Assembly: GCA_026387835.1 (NCBI GenBank)
Contig: JAPLKZ010000005.1
Span: forward strand, 1-32,000
Reading direction: 5' to 3'
Source of the DNA: Candidatus Saganbacteria bacterium
Lineage (GTDB): Bacteria > Margulisbacteria > WOR-1 > JAKLHX01
Length of the DNA stretch: 32,000 nucleotides
The notes beneath the pieces are model-generated. The model did not search any database and was not told where the DNA came from. It was given only the letters and a program-made list of their open reading frames with translations. This document shows positions 18,671 through 27,539 of the stretch, in pieces; positions within the stretch are counted from its first letter, which is position 1; the number at the start of each line of letters is the position of its first letter. The translations under genes were made by a program, and so were the position numbers.

Positions 18671-18820
18671 GTTACTGGGAGAGAAAGGCATCTTTCCGCC
18701 GAGCAAGTGAGAGGAAGAGCAGCCGACACCCGAACCTCAAGCGAGGTGAGGCTGCGTAAGGAAAGATGCCATGGCCCGAAGCTGCCCCGCCCACGGGGCG
18801 CGGAGGCCGAACCCAGTAAC
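18671..18820. other. Highly structured intergenic element with nested inverted repeats
   Basis: Outer arms gttactggg (18671-18679)/cccagtaac (18812-18820); inner ggcatctttcc (18688-18698)/ggaaagatgcc (18760-18770); gcagcc (18719-18724)/ggctgc (18750-18755); acctc-aagc-gaggt (18734-18747); ggcc/ggcc enclosing gccccg-ccca-cggggc. Confidence 0.7.
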
Positions 18821-19012
18821 GCGCAGTTGTTTTTTCTTATAGTTAAGAGGAAAATTCGGAATAGGGGTTTCCTCTTTTTCGTTTTATGGAGTTTTTCCTA
18901 TAACTTTCCTATAACTAATTAACGATTATGTGCTTTTCCGGCATCTAAAAATGTGTGGGATTTACAATGAAATATAACGATGTATAATTAGACTACCTTA
19001 AGGAATTACATT

Positions 19013-19630
19013 ATGAATAAATGGTTTTCTTTGTTTTGTCTAATAGTTATTTCTTTGGTTGTTATTTTGTCAGGATGTGCTCAAAGCCCTGTTGCATCTA
19101 TAACCTCAACTACAGGAGGCAGAGAATACTACCCGAACACGCAGGGATATAGCTGGACTTATACAAATACATCTGGCAGCACTACAAGTGATTGGACAGA
19201 GTCATTCACAGGCGTGACCACTTACAATGGAATGACTATGCAAGTTCTTCATTCCAATTCTGGCGCTGGTTCTTCGGACGCTTTGATTGTAGTTACGGAT
19301 AACAATGCGAAACAATATGGCACTCTCGCCAGTCCCACCACAGAAGCAATAACTGGATTGGTCTTTCCTCTGTCAATAAGAAGTTCATGGGTTGATTCTG
19401 TTACCTCACCAGTGTATACGGATACCGTCATTTCTATTGAGGATGTAACTGTACCCGCAGGGACATTTACAAACTGCTTCAAAATAAAGTCTGGTAGTAT
19501 ACATTCAAGCGGATATGGTTTTTATAAATGGCTTGCAAAAGATGTTGGATTTGTTAAATGGGTAAGTGTAGCTCCAGGTCAAACGGACGGCTCTTCCTAT
19601 ACAGACGTGTTAAAAAGCAAGAACTTTTAA
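19013..19630 (+). CDS. Putative lipoprotein (205 aa)
   Basis: MNKWFSLFCLIVISLVVILSGCAQSP: signal peptide with lipobox LSGC. Confidence 0.75.
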   Translation: MNKWFSLFCLIVISLVVILSGCAQSPVASITSTTGGREYYPNTQGYSWTYTNTSGSTTSDWTESFTGVTTYNGMTMQVLHSNSGAGSSDALIVVTDNNAKQYGTLASPTTEAITGLVFPLSIRSSWVDSVTSPVYTDTVISIEDVTVPAGTFTNCFKIKSGSIHSSGYGFYKWLAKDVGFVKWVSVAPGQTDGSSYTDVLKSKNF

Positions 19631-19831
19631 TTCATCATCTGCACTATCGGCTCCATTAAAGCTTTATTGTCTTTGCCTGAAACCCTACGAAAATCATTCA
19701 TCACTACAAACTTATTGACACTTGCCTGCACATGTTCCGGTGATACATGAGTATATATTTCCGTCGTCTTAATGCTCGTATGGCCTTGACTGTTTTGGCT
19801 ATGTTTTTGAAAAATTTCACATAATTTATGT
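19627..19831 (-). pseudogene. C-terminal remnant of a tyrosine recombinase/integrase
   Basis: Minus-strand reading without a proper start: CEIFQKHSQNSQGHTSIKTTEIYTHVSPEHVQASVNKFVVMNDFRRV...stop; GHTSIKTTEIYTHVS is the conserved XerC/D-type box around the catalytic Tyr. Confidence 0.8.
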
Positions 19832-19894
19832 TCCGGTGGAAAGTAGTATAATTATAAAATAATCCGCCGGCTGGCGGAAAGAAGGAGGAAAACA

Positions 19895-20749
19895 ATGTTA
19901 ATAGTTATATTGATCGTCGCGGTTTTTATTTTTTTTGCAGGCGTCAGGATCGTACGGCCGACGCACAGGGGGCTCATCGAAAGACTGGGAAAATACAGAA
20001 AGTTTGCCCAGCCGGGATTTCAATGGATAATTCCCATGATCGACCAGATGTACCAGATCAATATTACTGAAGTCATGATCAATGCCGAGCCGCAGGAGAT
20101 AATCACAAACGACAATTTGAATGCCCGTGTCGACGCGCAGGTTTATTTCAAAGTAAGAGAAGACGAAACTAATGTAAAGAACTCCCAGTACAATGTCAAT
20201 AATTACAGCTATCAGATAGTTAATCTGGCAAGAACGACGCTCAGAAATATCATCGGAACACTATCATTAAAAGCGGCAAACAGCGAAAGGGGGCGTATAA
20301 ACGAAGAACTCCAAAAGACGTTAAAAAAAGAGACCGCCAGCTGGGGGATAGATATTGTAAGGACCGAGCTTAAAGAAATCGATCCGCCAAAAGATGTTCA
20401 GGAGACAATGAATAAGGTCGTAAAAGCCGAAAACGAAAAGATGGCGGCGATCGACTTTGCCACCGCTACAGAAACGATGGCCGACGGCCAAAGGCGCGCC
20501 GAGATCAAGAAAGCGGAAGGTTCGAGGCAGGCCACGATACTTGAAGCCGAAGGAGAGGCTCAGGCTATTGCGCTTGTAAACGAAGCCGCGAATAAATATT
20601 TTATCGGCAATGCGCAGATCCTTAGAAAACTGGAGGCGGTTGAAAAATCCCTCATGAATAACGCGAAAGTCGTTGTGCCGATGAACAGCGAGCTTGTGAA
20701 CGTGATCGGCGAGCTGGCAGGCGTTGTACCGATAAAAACTAAAAGTTAA
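19895..20749 (+). CDS. SPFH/slipin (stomatin-like) protein
   Basis: N-terminal TM, VRPTHRGLIERLGKYRKFAQPGFQWIIPMID, ADGQRRAEIKKAEGSRQATILEAEGEAQA; RBS aaggagga. Confidence 0.9.
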   Translation: MLIVILIVAVFIFFAGVRIVRPTHRGLIERLGKYRKFAQPGFQWIIPMIDQMYQINITEVMINAEPQEIITNDNLNARVDAQVYFKVREDETNVKNSQYNVNNYSYQIVNLARTTLRNIIGTLSLKAANSERGRINEELQKTLKKETASWGIDIVRTELKEIDPPKDVQETMNKVVKAENEKMAAIDFATATETMADGQRRAEIKKAEGSRQATILEAEGEAQAIALVNEAANKYFIGNAQILRKLEAVEKSLMNNAKVVVPMNSELVNVIGELAGVVPIKTKS

Positions 20750-20795
20750 TTGCTTTTGGTCCTGACACCCCGCATCCGATCCAATATATACTTAA

Positions 20796-22082
20796 GTGAT
20801 GATGTCAGAACGACCGATAATCATCGGGTTTGGTCCTGCCGGTATGTTTGCCGCTCTTGAATTGATAGAACTGGGCTATAGCCCTTTGATATTTGAGAGG
20901 GGCAAAAGCATAGAAGAGCGCTCCGCGGACATTGAGAAATTTTTCAGGGAAAGAAAACTTGATGCCGGATCAAATATTCAGTTCGGAGAAGGCGGGGCCG
21001 GTTCTTATTCGGACGGGAAGCTGTTCTCCAGGAAGAACAATTCTCCGGTCGCAAGTAAAGTCCTGGAAACTTTTGTCAGATTTGGCGCTCCTGACGATAT
21101 AATTTTCAAAAGCAAACCTCATCTCGGGACGGATGTTTTGTGCGAGATCGTTAAAAACATCAGGAAATATATTATCTCAAAGGGCGGAGAGATCAATTTC
21201 TCTTCGAAAATGACAGGCCTTATTGTCAGTAACGCCAGAGCAAAAGGCGTCGTCATTAATTCTGTTAAAGAATATTTGTCTTCAAAGATATTCCTTGCTA
21301 TAGGCCATTCAGCCAGAGATACATTTGAAATGCTGCATGAGCAAAATATACTTATTGAACAGAGGCCGATATCTGTCGGCGTGAGGATAGAACATCCGGC
21401 CGAACTTATAAATATGATCAGGAATAACAAGAAAGCCGCAACATATTCATTTTTATACACTGATAAGGAATCCGGCAGGCGCGTTTATACATTCTGCATG
21501 TGCCCGGGAGGCGAGATAGTGAACGCCTCTTCCGAAAACGGGCATTTAGTGTTGAACGGGATGAGCTATTCAAAACGGGACTTAAAATATTCAAATTCCG
21601 CGATCGTTGTGACCTGTAAGACTTCGGATTACGGCTCTGATCACCCTTTGGCCGGGATATATTTTCAGAAAAAGATCGAACAAAAGGCTTTCGTCGCGGG
21701 CGGGGCCTGTTGGGAAGCTCCGGCGCAGAACCTTGAAGATTTCCTGCGCGGCAAAATGTCCGCAGCTCTGTTGGAAAATTCTTTCAGGATGGGAGTGAGA
21801 CCAACACAGCTGTCAGATCTGTTCCCCGGTTTCGTCGCTGAGCATCTAAAAAAAGCATTTCTCCTCTGGAAAAAAGAATATCCGCTTTTTGTGAGTGACC
21901 AGGCAATATTGCTCGGAGCGGAAACTAGGACAACCTGTCCTGTCAGTTTTCCGAGGAATGTCAGGTGCGAGTCCGTAAATGTGAGAAATCTGTTTCCGAT
22001 AGGAGAGGGGGCCGGTCATGCGGGAGGCATAACCAGTTCGGCAATAGACGCGATAAAAGCGGTGCGCGCGGCGGATGGTTGA
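20796..22082 (+). CDS. COG2509-type FAD-dependent dehydrogenase
   Basis: IIIGFGPAGMFAALELIELGYSPLIFERGK, FGEGGAGSYSDGKLFSR, FCMCPGGEIVNA, FPIGEGAGHAGGITSSAIDAIKA. Confidence 0.88.
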   Translation: MMMSERPIIIGFGPAGMFAALELIELGYSPLIFERGKSIEERSADIEKFFRERKLDAGSNIQFGEGGAGSYSDGKLFSRKNNSPVASKVLETFVRFGAPDDIIFKSKPHLGTDVLCEIVKNIRKYIISKGGEINFSSKMTGLIVSNARAKGVVINSVKEYLSSKIFLAIGHSARDTFEMLHEQNILIEQRPISVGVRIEHPAELINMIRNNKKAATYSFLYTDKESGRRVYTFCMCPGGEIVNASSENGHLVLNGMSYSKRDLKYSNSAIVVTCKTSDYGSDHPLAGIYFQKKIEQKAFVAGGACWEAPAQNLEDFLRGKMSAALLENSFRMGVRPTQLSDLFPGFVAEHLKKAFLLWKKEYPLFVSDQAILLGAETRTTCPVSFPRNVRCESVNVRNLFPIGEGAGHAGGITSSAIDAIKAVRAADG

Positions 22083-22146
22083 AGCTAACCCAGTAACGCC
22101 CATTGATTATTTGCGGTGTTAAGGGGAAAGGTCAACGGAAGAAAAA

Positions 22147-22512
22147 TTATCCAATAAGTTCATTTATTATCTTAAGCATTTTATCCGGCTCAAAGGGTTT
22201 TGCCAAAAATATATTATTCCCGGAATAATTACCTTTGGTCCTCTCATCGCTCTTCGTATAAAGAGCCGTAAGGATGACCACAGGGATGTTCTTTGTTGTA
22301 TCATCTTCCTGAAGCAAAGCTTCCACTTCTCCGCCGTCCATATCCGGCAGCATTATGTCCAACAATATAAGGTCAGGCCTTTGTGCCTTTGCCTTTTCGA
22401 CCACCTCAGCACCTTTCGTAACTTTTATCACTTCGTAATTTGCTTTTGTAAGCCTTCTCTCGATCATTGTCAACAGGTCTTCATCATCATCAACAATCAT
22501 TATCTTTTTCAT
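22147..22512 (-). CDS. Stand-alone response-regulator receiver protein
   Basis: KKIMIVDDDEDLL, PDLILLDIMLPDMDG, FLAKPFEPDKM; no output domain. Confidence 0.92.
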   Translation of the reverse strand: MKKIMIVDDDEDLLTMIERRLTKANYEVIKVTKGAEVVEKAKAQRPDLILLDIMLPDMDGGEVEALLQEDDTTKNIPVVILTALYTKSDERTKGNYSGNNIFLAKPFEPDKMLKIINELIG

Positions 22513-22632
22513 CCGCTTCCTCTTTCACTGAAACTTTGAAGCAATTATATTATACGATATGAGCCGAGTCAAGGAGAGATCATTTTACCGCCGAGCATGG
22601 CATTTGACTTGCCCCCCCCACAGTAATATAAT

Positions 22633-22647
22633 TTAGCAAATTGCTAA
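22633..22647. promoter_or_regulatory. AT-rich dyad in the divergent promoter region
   Basis: ttagcaa-a-ttgctaa, perfect 7-bp arms. Confidence 0.35.
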
Positions 22648-22662
22648 TTAATAAAATGGGTT

Positions 22663-23883
22663 TTGATTGTTTGTTTGTGGGAAAAAACCATGACACAGAA
22701 AGACAGAACTAAAGAAAGACTGATTGAAGAGATAAAGCTCCAGCAAAAGCGGATAGCGGAACTTGAGACAACAAACGCTGAGCGCAAACGGGAGGCTGAA
22801 GAGGCGCGCCGCATGGTGACGGTGGTGCGCGACTCGAACGATGCGATCACGATCCATGATTTTGATGGGCGGATCACCGCCTGGAACCACGGAGCCGAGC
22901 TGATGTTCGGCTATAGCGAAAAAGAGGCGTTGCAGATGACTATTTGGCAACTCGCCCCTCCCAATAAAGCGGCAGAGCAAAAGGATTTTAACCGCCGGCT
23001 TTTTGCGGGTGAAAAGGTCTACTCGTTTGATACCCAGCGGCTGACCAAAGACGGGCGCCTGCTCGACGTCTGGCTGACGGTAACGAAACTGGTGGACGAT
23101 GCGGGAAAAGTAATTGGTATTGCCGCTACAGAACGCGATGTCACAGAGCGCAAAAAAACGGAGAAGGAGAAAAAGGCCGCGGAAGAATCAAAGATCGCCA
23201 CAGAGATAAAGTCGAAGTTCACATCCATGGTCTCGCACGAACTGAGGAGCCCGCTCGCGGCCATTAAGGAAGGTGTAAATCTCGTAGTCGAAGGCTTGAT
23301 AGGGGATATCAATGATAAGCAGAAGGACATGCTTACCCTCGTCAAAAATAATGTCGACAGATTAGCGCGCCTGATCAATAACGTCCTGGATTTCCAGAAG
23401 ATACAAGCAAAGGGAATGGAATTTAAACTCCTGCCGAACGACATCAATGAAGTAGCGTCTGAAGTCGCCAAAACTATGAATGTCATGGCGGAAATCAAAC
23501 AGTTGAGCATTACAACAAACTTCGATGATAATGTCCCTAAGATCAAGTTCGATAAAGACAGGATCAACCAGGTGATCACCAATTTAGTGAGCAACGCGAT
23601 AAAACTCACCGAAAAAGGAAGTATCGTTATCGGTACAAAAGCGGAGCATGACGAGGTGCATGTAATGGTGCAGGATACAGGCCCGGGGATCAAGAACGAG
23701 GACATACAAAAGCTCTTTCAGCCGTTTGAGCAGCTGGACAGCGCAAGAGACAGGAAAAAAGGCGGCTCCGGGCTGGGACTGGCCATTTCAAAAGATATCA
23801 TCACCGCGCATAAGGGGAATATATGGGCCGAGTCTGAATTCGGCAAAGGAGCGACTTTTCATTTCACCCTGCCGGTAAAATAA
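22663..23883 (+). CDS. PAS-domain sensor histidine kinase (probable start ATG 22691)
   Basis: PAS DSNDAITIHDFDGRITAWNHGAELMFGYSEKEA; HisKA FTSMVSHELRSPLAAIKEG; HATPase VQDTGPGIKNEDIQKLFQPFEQ...GGSGLGLAISKDI. Confidence 0.95.
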   Translation: MIVCLWEKTMTQKDRTKERLIEEIKLQQKRIAELETTNAERKREAEEARRMVTVVRDSNDAITIHDFDGRITAWNHGAELMFGYSEKEALQMTIWQLAPPNKAAEQKDFNRRLFAGEKVYSFDTQRLTKDGRLLDVWLTVTKLVDDAGKVIGIAATERDVTERKKTEKEKKAAEESKIATEIKSKFTSMVSHELRSPLAAIKEGVNLVVEGLIGDINDKQKDMLTLVKNNVDRLARLINNVLDFQKIQAKGMEFKLLPNDINEVASEVAKTMNVMAEIKQLSITTNFDDNVPKIKFDKDRINQVITNLVSNAIKLTEKGSIVIGTKAEHDEVHVMVQDTGPGIKNEDIQKLFQPFEQLDSARDRKKGGSGLGLAISKDIITAHKGNIWAESEFGKGATFHFTLPVK

Positions 23884-23896
23884 CGCGGGAGAAGTT

Positions 23897-24259
23897 ATGG
23901 CAAAGAAAATCCTGGTAATTGACGACGAATCTGATCTGCTCAAGGTCACATTGGTAAGATTAGAGGCGACCGGATATGAAGTGTGCGGCGGTGTCGACGG
24001 CCAAGAGGCGCTGGAACTTGCAAAAAAATATGCGCCCGATCTGATAATACTTGATGTGTACCTGCCCCTGATTAACGGGGATGAGGTCGCCAAAATATTG
24101 AAAAAGGATGAGGAGTTAAGGCATATCCCGGTAATTTTGATCTCCGCTACCACCAGATCTCTTTCTGAAAGAGCAGGGGAGAGCGGGGCGAGCGGTTTTC
24201 TTGCAAAGCCGTTTGAGCCTGAAGAGTTGATCGGTTTGATCAAAAAGATCCTGGGATAA
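23897..24259 (+). CDS. Stand-alone response-regulator receiver protein
   Basis: KKILVIDDESDLL, PDLIILDVYLPLINGDE, FLAKPFEPEEL. Confidence 0.93.
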   Translation: MAKKILVIDDESDLLKVTLVRLEATGYEVCGGVDGQEALELAKKYAPDLIILDVYLPLINGDEVAKILKKDEELRHIPVILISATTRSLSERAGESGASGFLAKPFEPEELIGLIKKILG

Positions 24260-24279
24260 ATGAAAGGTCAAGAATCTCC

Positions 24280-26136
24280 CTACCCCTTTATTTCACCAAT
24301 GCCGTCAAGTTCCGCGATGAGTTTTTCAAGTTCGCTGTAGCCTTTGTCTATCTTTACCTGATGAACATGCGCCTGTTTCTGCAACCGCTGTATCTCCTGC
24401 CACTCATTTTTTGCGCTTGCTTGCGCTATTATCAGATTCAATGATTCCAAAGCGGTCTCTTCATCATCAATTGTCTTTTCAACCTCTTTTGTCTTTGCTA
24501 TTATTTGTTTACGCTTATTATTTATGTCATGTTCAATGCGCGGCGATTCATTCTTTGCCTGTTTTTTTGCCTTTTTCGGTTTTTTCCCTTCTTTTTCCCA
24601 GCCGGCATTATCCAAAAAGTCCTGATAAGTACCGTTATAGAACATGGCTTTATCTTCATTGAACACTATCAGTTTTTTTGCGAGATGATGCAGGAACATT
24701 TCGCTGTGGGTGACTATCACTACTGCGCCGGGAAATTCATCCAGAGCCGCTATCATGGAATCGCAGGATTCAACATCAAGGTGGTTCGTCGGTTCGTCCA
24801 GTAAAAGGATATTGGTCGGCGTCAGCAATATCTTCGCGAGAGACACCCTGCTTTTTTCCCCGCCTGAAAGGACCGATATTTTTTTTAATGCCAGATCGCC
24901 CGTGAACATCATTGCTCCGCACGTGCGCCTTATTTCCGTCTTGCTCAGGTCCGGCCTGAGCCTTGTCAGTTCTTCTTCTATTGTCAGTCCAGGATCAAGC
25001 CTCTCGATGTTCGTCTGGCCAAAATAGCCCATTTTGCAATTGGGATTATGGACAATTTCTCCTTCAACCGGGTTCAGTTCGTTAGCCAGCAGCCTTAAAA
25101 GCGTTGATTTGCCTTTTCCGTTCTTGCCGACGACGCATATCCTGTCTTTTTTTCCTATCGAAAAAGAAAGTCTTTTTATCAGCATATTGCCGGGCGTATA
25201 GCCGAAACTGAGATCTTCGACATTTATCAGATGAGATGAATGTGTTTCAAACCCGTTGAACCTGAAACCCAGTTCGGTTATTGTCGAGAGCTCTTCCTTT
25301 TTACCCATTTTGTCCAGGGCTTTTATCCTTGACTGCACAAGACTTGCTCTTGCCGCCAGGGCGCGGAACCGGTTTATGAATTCCATGGCTTCTTCCCTTT
25401 TTCTGTTCTCTTTTAACCGTGTCCTTTCATAGACTTCTTCTTCAACCGCGATCTGCTCAAACAGTTTTACGGTATCTCCTTCTATCTTTTTCATCTTGTG
25501 CCTGTGTATGCCTATGGTATGGGTGGTGACGCTGTTCATAAAATCCCTGTCATGCGTTATGAGCATCAGTTCGTTCTCCCAGTTCCGAAGGAACCTTGTC
25601 AGCCAGCGGATCGAAATGATGTCAAGATAATTTGTCGGTTCATCGAGCAATAACAGATGAGGCTCCGCAAGCAATACTTTCGCAAGATTAAGCCTTACCT
25701 GGAAGCCGCCTGAAAATTCAAGAGGGGACCTGTACATTTCTTCTTCAGAAAAACCAAGCCCGGATAATATCTTCTCGGCCTTCCATATCTGGTCCTGCTC
25801 CTGCGGCCGCAGCCCCAGGCAGGCTTCCTGCAGAACGGTCGGCTCGTAAAATCTGAGATGCTGTTTTAAATATCCTACGGTATAATTTTTCGGCAGTGAA
25901 AGATGCCCCTCATCAGGGGACATCTCCCCGGTGATAAGCTTAAATAGCGTGGTTTTTCCGGAGCCGTTCCTTCCTACAAGGCCAATTCTTTCACCGCTAT
26001 GGATATTGAAGCCTATATCATCGAATAGTGTCTGGTCCCCGAATGTCAGGGATAAATTGCATACTTGCAGCATATTATTAATATAGCATGAGCAAAGGTG
26101 CTTGACAGACAAAACCCTATCGAGGCAGTCACTCAC
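24280..26136 (-). CDS. ABC-F family ATPase (probable start ATG 26073)
   Basis: Two ABC modules: GLVGRNGSGKTTLFKLI / LEFSGGFQVRLNLAKVLLAEPHLLLLDEPTNYLD, and CVVGKNGKGKSTLLRLL / LSGGEKSRVSLAKILLTPTNILLLDEPTNHLD; coiled-coil C-terminus. Confidence 0.95.
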   Translation of the reverse strand: MSDCLDRVLSVKHLCSCYINNMLQVCNLSLTFGDQTLFDDIGFNIHSGERIGLVGRNGSGKTTLFKLITGEMSPDEGHLSLPKNYTVGYLKQHLRFYEPTVLQEACLGLRPQEQDQIWKAEKILSGLGFSEEEMYRSPLEFSGGFQVRLNLAKVLLAEPHLLLLDEPTNYLDIISIRWLTRFLRNWENELMLITHDRDFMNSVTTHTIGIHRHKMKKIEGDTVKLFEQIAVEEEVYERTRLKENRKREEAMEFINRFRALAARASLVQSRIKALDKMGKKEELSTITELGFRFNGFETHSSHLINVEDLSFGYTPGNMLIKRLSFSIGKKDRICVVGKNGKGKSTLLRLLANELNPVEGEIVHNPNCKMGYFGQTNIERLDPGLTIEEELTRLRPDLSKTEIRRTCGAMMFTGDLALKKISVLSGGEKSRVSLAKILLTPTNILLLDEPTNHLDVESCDSMIAALDEFPGAVVIVTHSEMFLHHLAKKLIVFNEDKAMFYNGTYQDFLDNAGWEKEGKKPKKAKKQAKNESPRIEHDINNKRKQIIAKTKEVEKTIDDEETALESLNLIIAQASAKNEWQEIQRLQKQAHVHQVKIDKGYSELEKLIAELDGIGEIKG

Positions 26137-26146
26137 ATATGGGGTA

Positions 26147-27439
26147 TTATTTAATTCCGCAGAACCTCAAAAAATTGCCGCCGAGCATATTTGAAACATC
26201 CCTCGCGATATCCTCCTCGGTGAGCGGAGTCCCTTTCGGTAATTTTAAATATTGCGCTGTAAGGACATCAGCGATGATCTGACGCGAATGTGACCATTTA
26301 TATGCCAGTTGGTCAAGCACGCGCGCGTCCGAATGCTGCGGTACAACGGTAGTTCCCGCAAGTTCAAGCCTCAAGGTAGTTATCCTTTCGATCTCGGCCG
26401 GGGTGTTAAGGAACCACCAGCATCCGAAAGGCATCAGGTTCGGGAATTTGCGGGCAGCGACCGCCAGCTCTCTCTGATTGGTATCGGAGAGCAGCGTGAC
26501 GAAGAACCTGACATCTGGAGTATTGCTGCAAAGCCGCTCGACGGCTTCAATGGTCGCACTTCCGACACCGTCCCCGGCTTGGCCGAGGATCGGATTGACG
26601 CCTCTTTTTACTCCGATCATCAGCGCTACGGGCAGATCCCTCTCTTTTGCCATCGGCAGGACCGCATTATTAAACATTTCCGTGATATGACCATTGTCCG
26701 TGCTTGTTTTGGTCAGTTCTCCTGAAGAAGGATAGTCAAAGTCCGGCGGAAGAGAGGCTGCAAGATATACCGGCTTCATTTTATCAGCCCAAGTTTCCAA
26801 AAATCTTCTTATACCGGTAAAATCATGAGAACCGGAGACTCCCATGACCTGTACGGCTTTGGTCCAATTTGTGAAAAGAGGGTCGACCCTGAGAGCTGTC
26901 ATGAAGCGCCGGTCAGGTTGAACTCCCTTTTCCCAGACAGCCCTTTCCTCGTCAACGAAAGGATCATTCGTCATTACAACACGGTCGATATTAGCCAGTC
27001 TAAAAATAGTCTCTATATGCCTTTCATATGGTTTGTTCCCGAGAGCCTTTCTGTATCCGGTCAGATCGGGCTGCCTTAAGTTTTGGCCTAACATGCTCAA
27101 TGTCGTCAGGACACCCCTGCATGCTTCGGATACGGGCGTATTGTCGACGAACAAAGTCTTGTAGATGCGATCAGCCTTCTGATCAATTGGAAGTCTGTTA
27201 AATGAAGCGATAGCCGAGGCGGTAACTTGAGACCGGTCTTGCAGGCCTATTGTCCTGAAATATTCCGCTTGCAGATAATGATATGTCATAAGATGATCGA
27301 TGCCCCATAAGTTCAAACTTCCGAAAGGCGGGCTGAAAAGGTGGGTGTGCATGTCGACCACTTTGCAGTCCCTGACCCGTCTTGCGATCGCGCTTGATAT
27401 ATCCGCCGGATGATTAAGAACAGCTGACCCTACTATCAT
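26147..27439 (-). CDS. Uronate-isomerase-like / amidohydrolase-superfamily protein
   Basis: VVDMHTHLFSPPFGSLNLWGIDHLMTYHYLQAE, SDARVLDQLAYKWSHSRQIIADVL. Confidence 0.72.
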   Translation of the reverse strand: MIVGSAVLNHPADISSAIARRVRDCKVVDMHTHLFSPPFGSLNLWGIDHLMTYHYLQAEYFRTIGLQDRSQVTASAIASFNRLPIDQKADRIYKTLFVDNTPVSEACRGVLTTLSMLGQNLRQPDLTGYRKALGNKPYERHIETIFRLANIDRVVMTNDPFVDEERAVWEKGVQPDRRFMTALRVDPLFTNWTKAVQVMGVSGSHDFTGIRRFLETWADKMKPVYLAASLPPDFDYPSSGELTKTSTDNGHITEMFNNAVLPMAKERDLPVALMIGVKRGVNPILGQAGDGVGSATIEAVERLCSNTPDVRFFVTLLSDTNQRELAVAARKFPNLMPFGCWWFLNTPAEIERITTLRLELAGTTVVPQHSDARVLDQLAYKWSHSRQIIADVLTAQYLKLPKGTPLTEEDIARDVSNMLGGNFLRFCGIK

Positions 27440-27539
27440 GATATTCTCCTTTTCGATTATTTGCTTACATTCTCTTGTCGAACGTTCTTTTTGAAAATTT
27501 CACTTAATTTTCACCGGTTCGTTTATCCTAAGCAAGGGC

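Larger units (their letters stand above)
18594..18825. repeat. Direct repeat of tRNA-Val 3' end: 18594-18611 and 18808-18825
   Basis: cgaacccagtaacgcgca is present twice, 18/18 identical. Confidence 0.93.

Noticed and set aside
18256-18729. Minus-strand ORFs 18256..18444 and 18544..18729
   Set aside because: They overlap the tRNA genes in antisense and contain the usual GIWESNP/GFEPVTP tRNA-antisense peptides.
18671-18825. Structured element considered as RNase P RNA, SRP RNA, or integron attC site
   Set aside because: I could not match the conserved core motifs of RNase P or SRP RNA, and the outer arms do not fit RYYYAAC/GTTRRRY; left as unknown.
18566-18922. 118-aa ORF (MLDRQGVTGSNPVTRIERSEMRNP...)
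   Set aside because: It starts inside tRNA-Val and reads through the hairpin and structured element; typical spurious tRNA-read-through ORF.
19895-22082. Calling slipin and the COG2509-like gene island cargo
   Set aside because: They look like ordinary chromosomal genes; only the tRNA-end-like sequence at 22087 hints at it, so this is kept as a hypothesis only.
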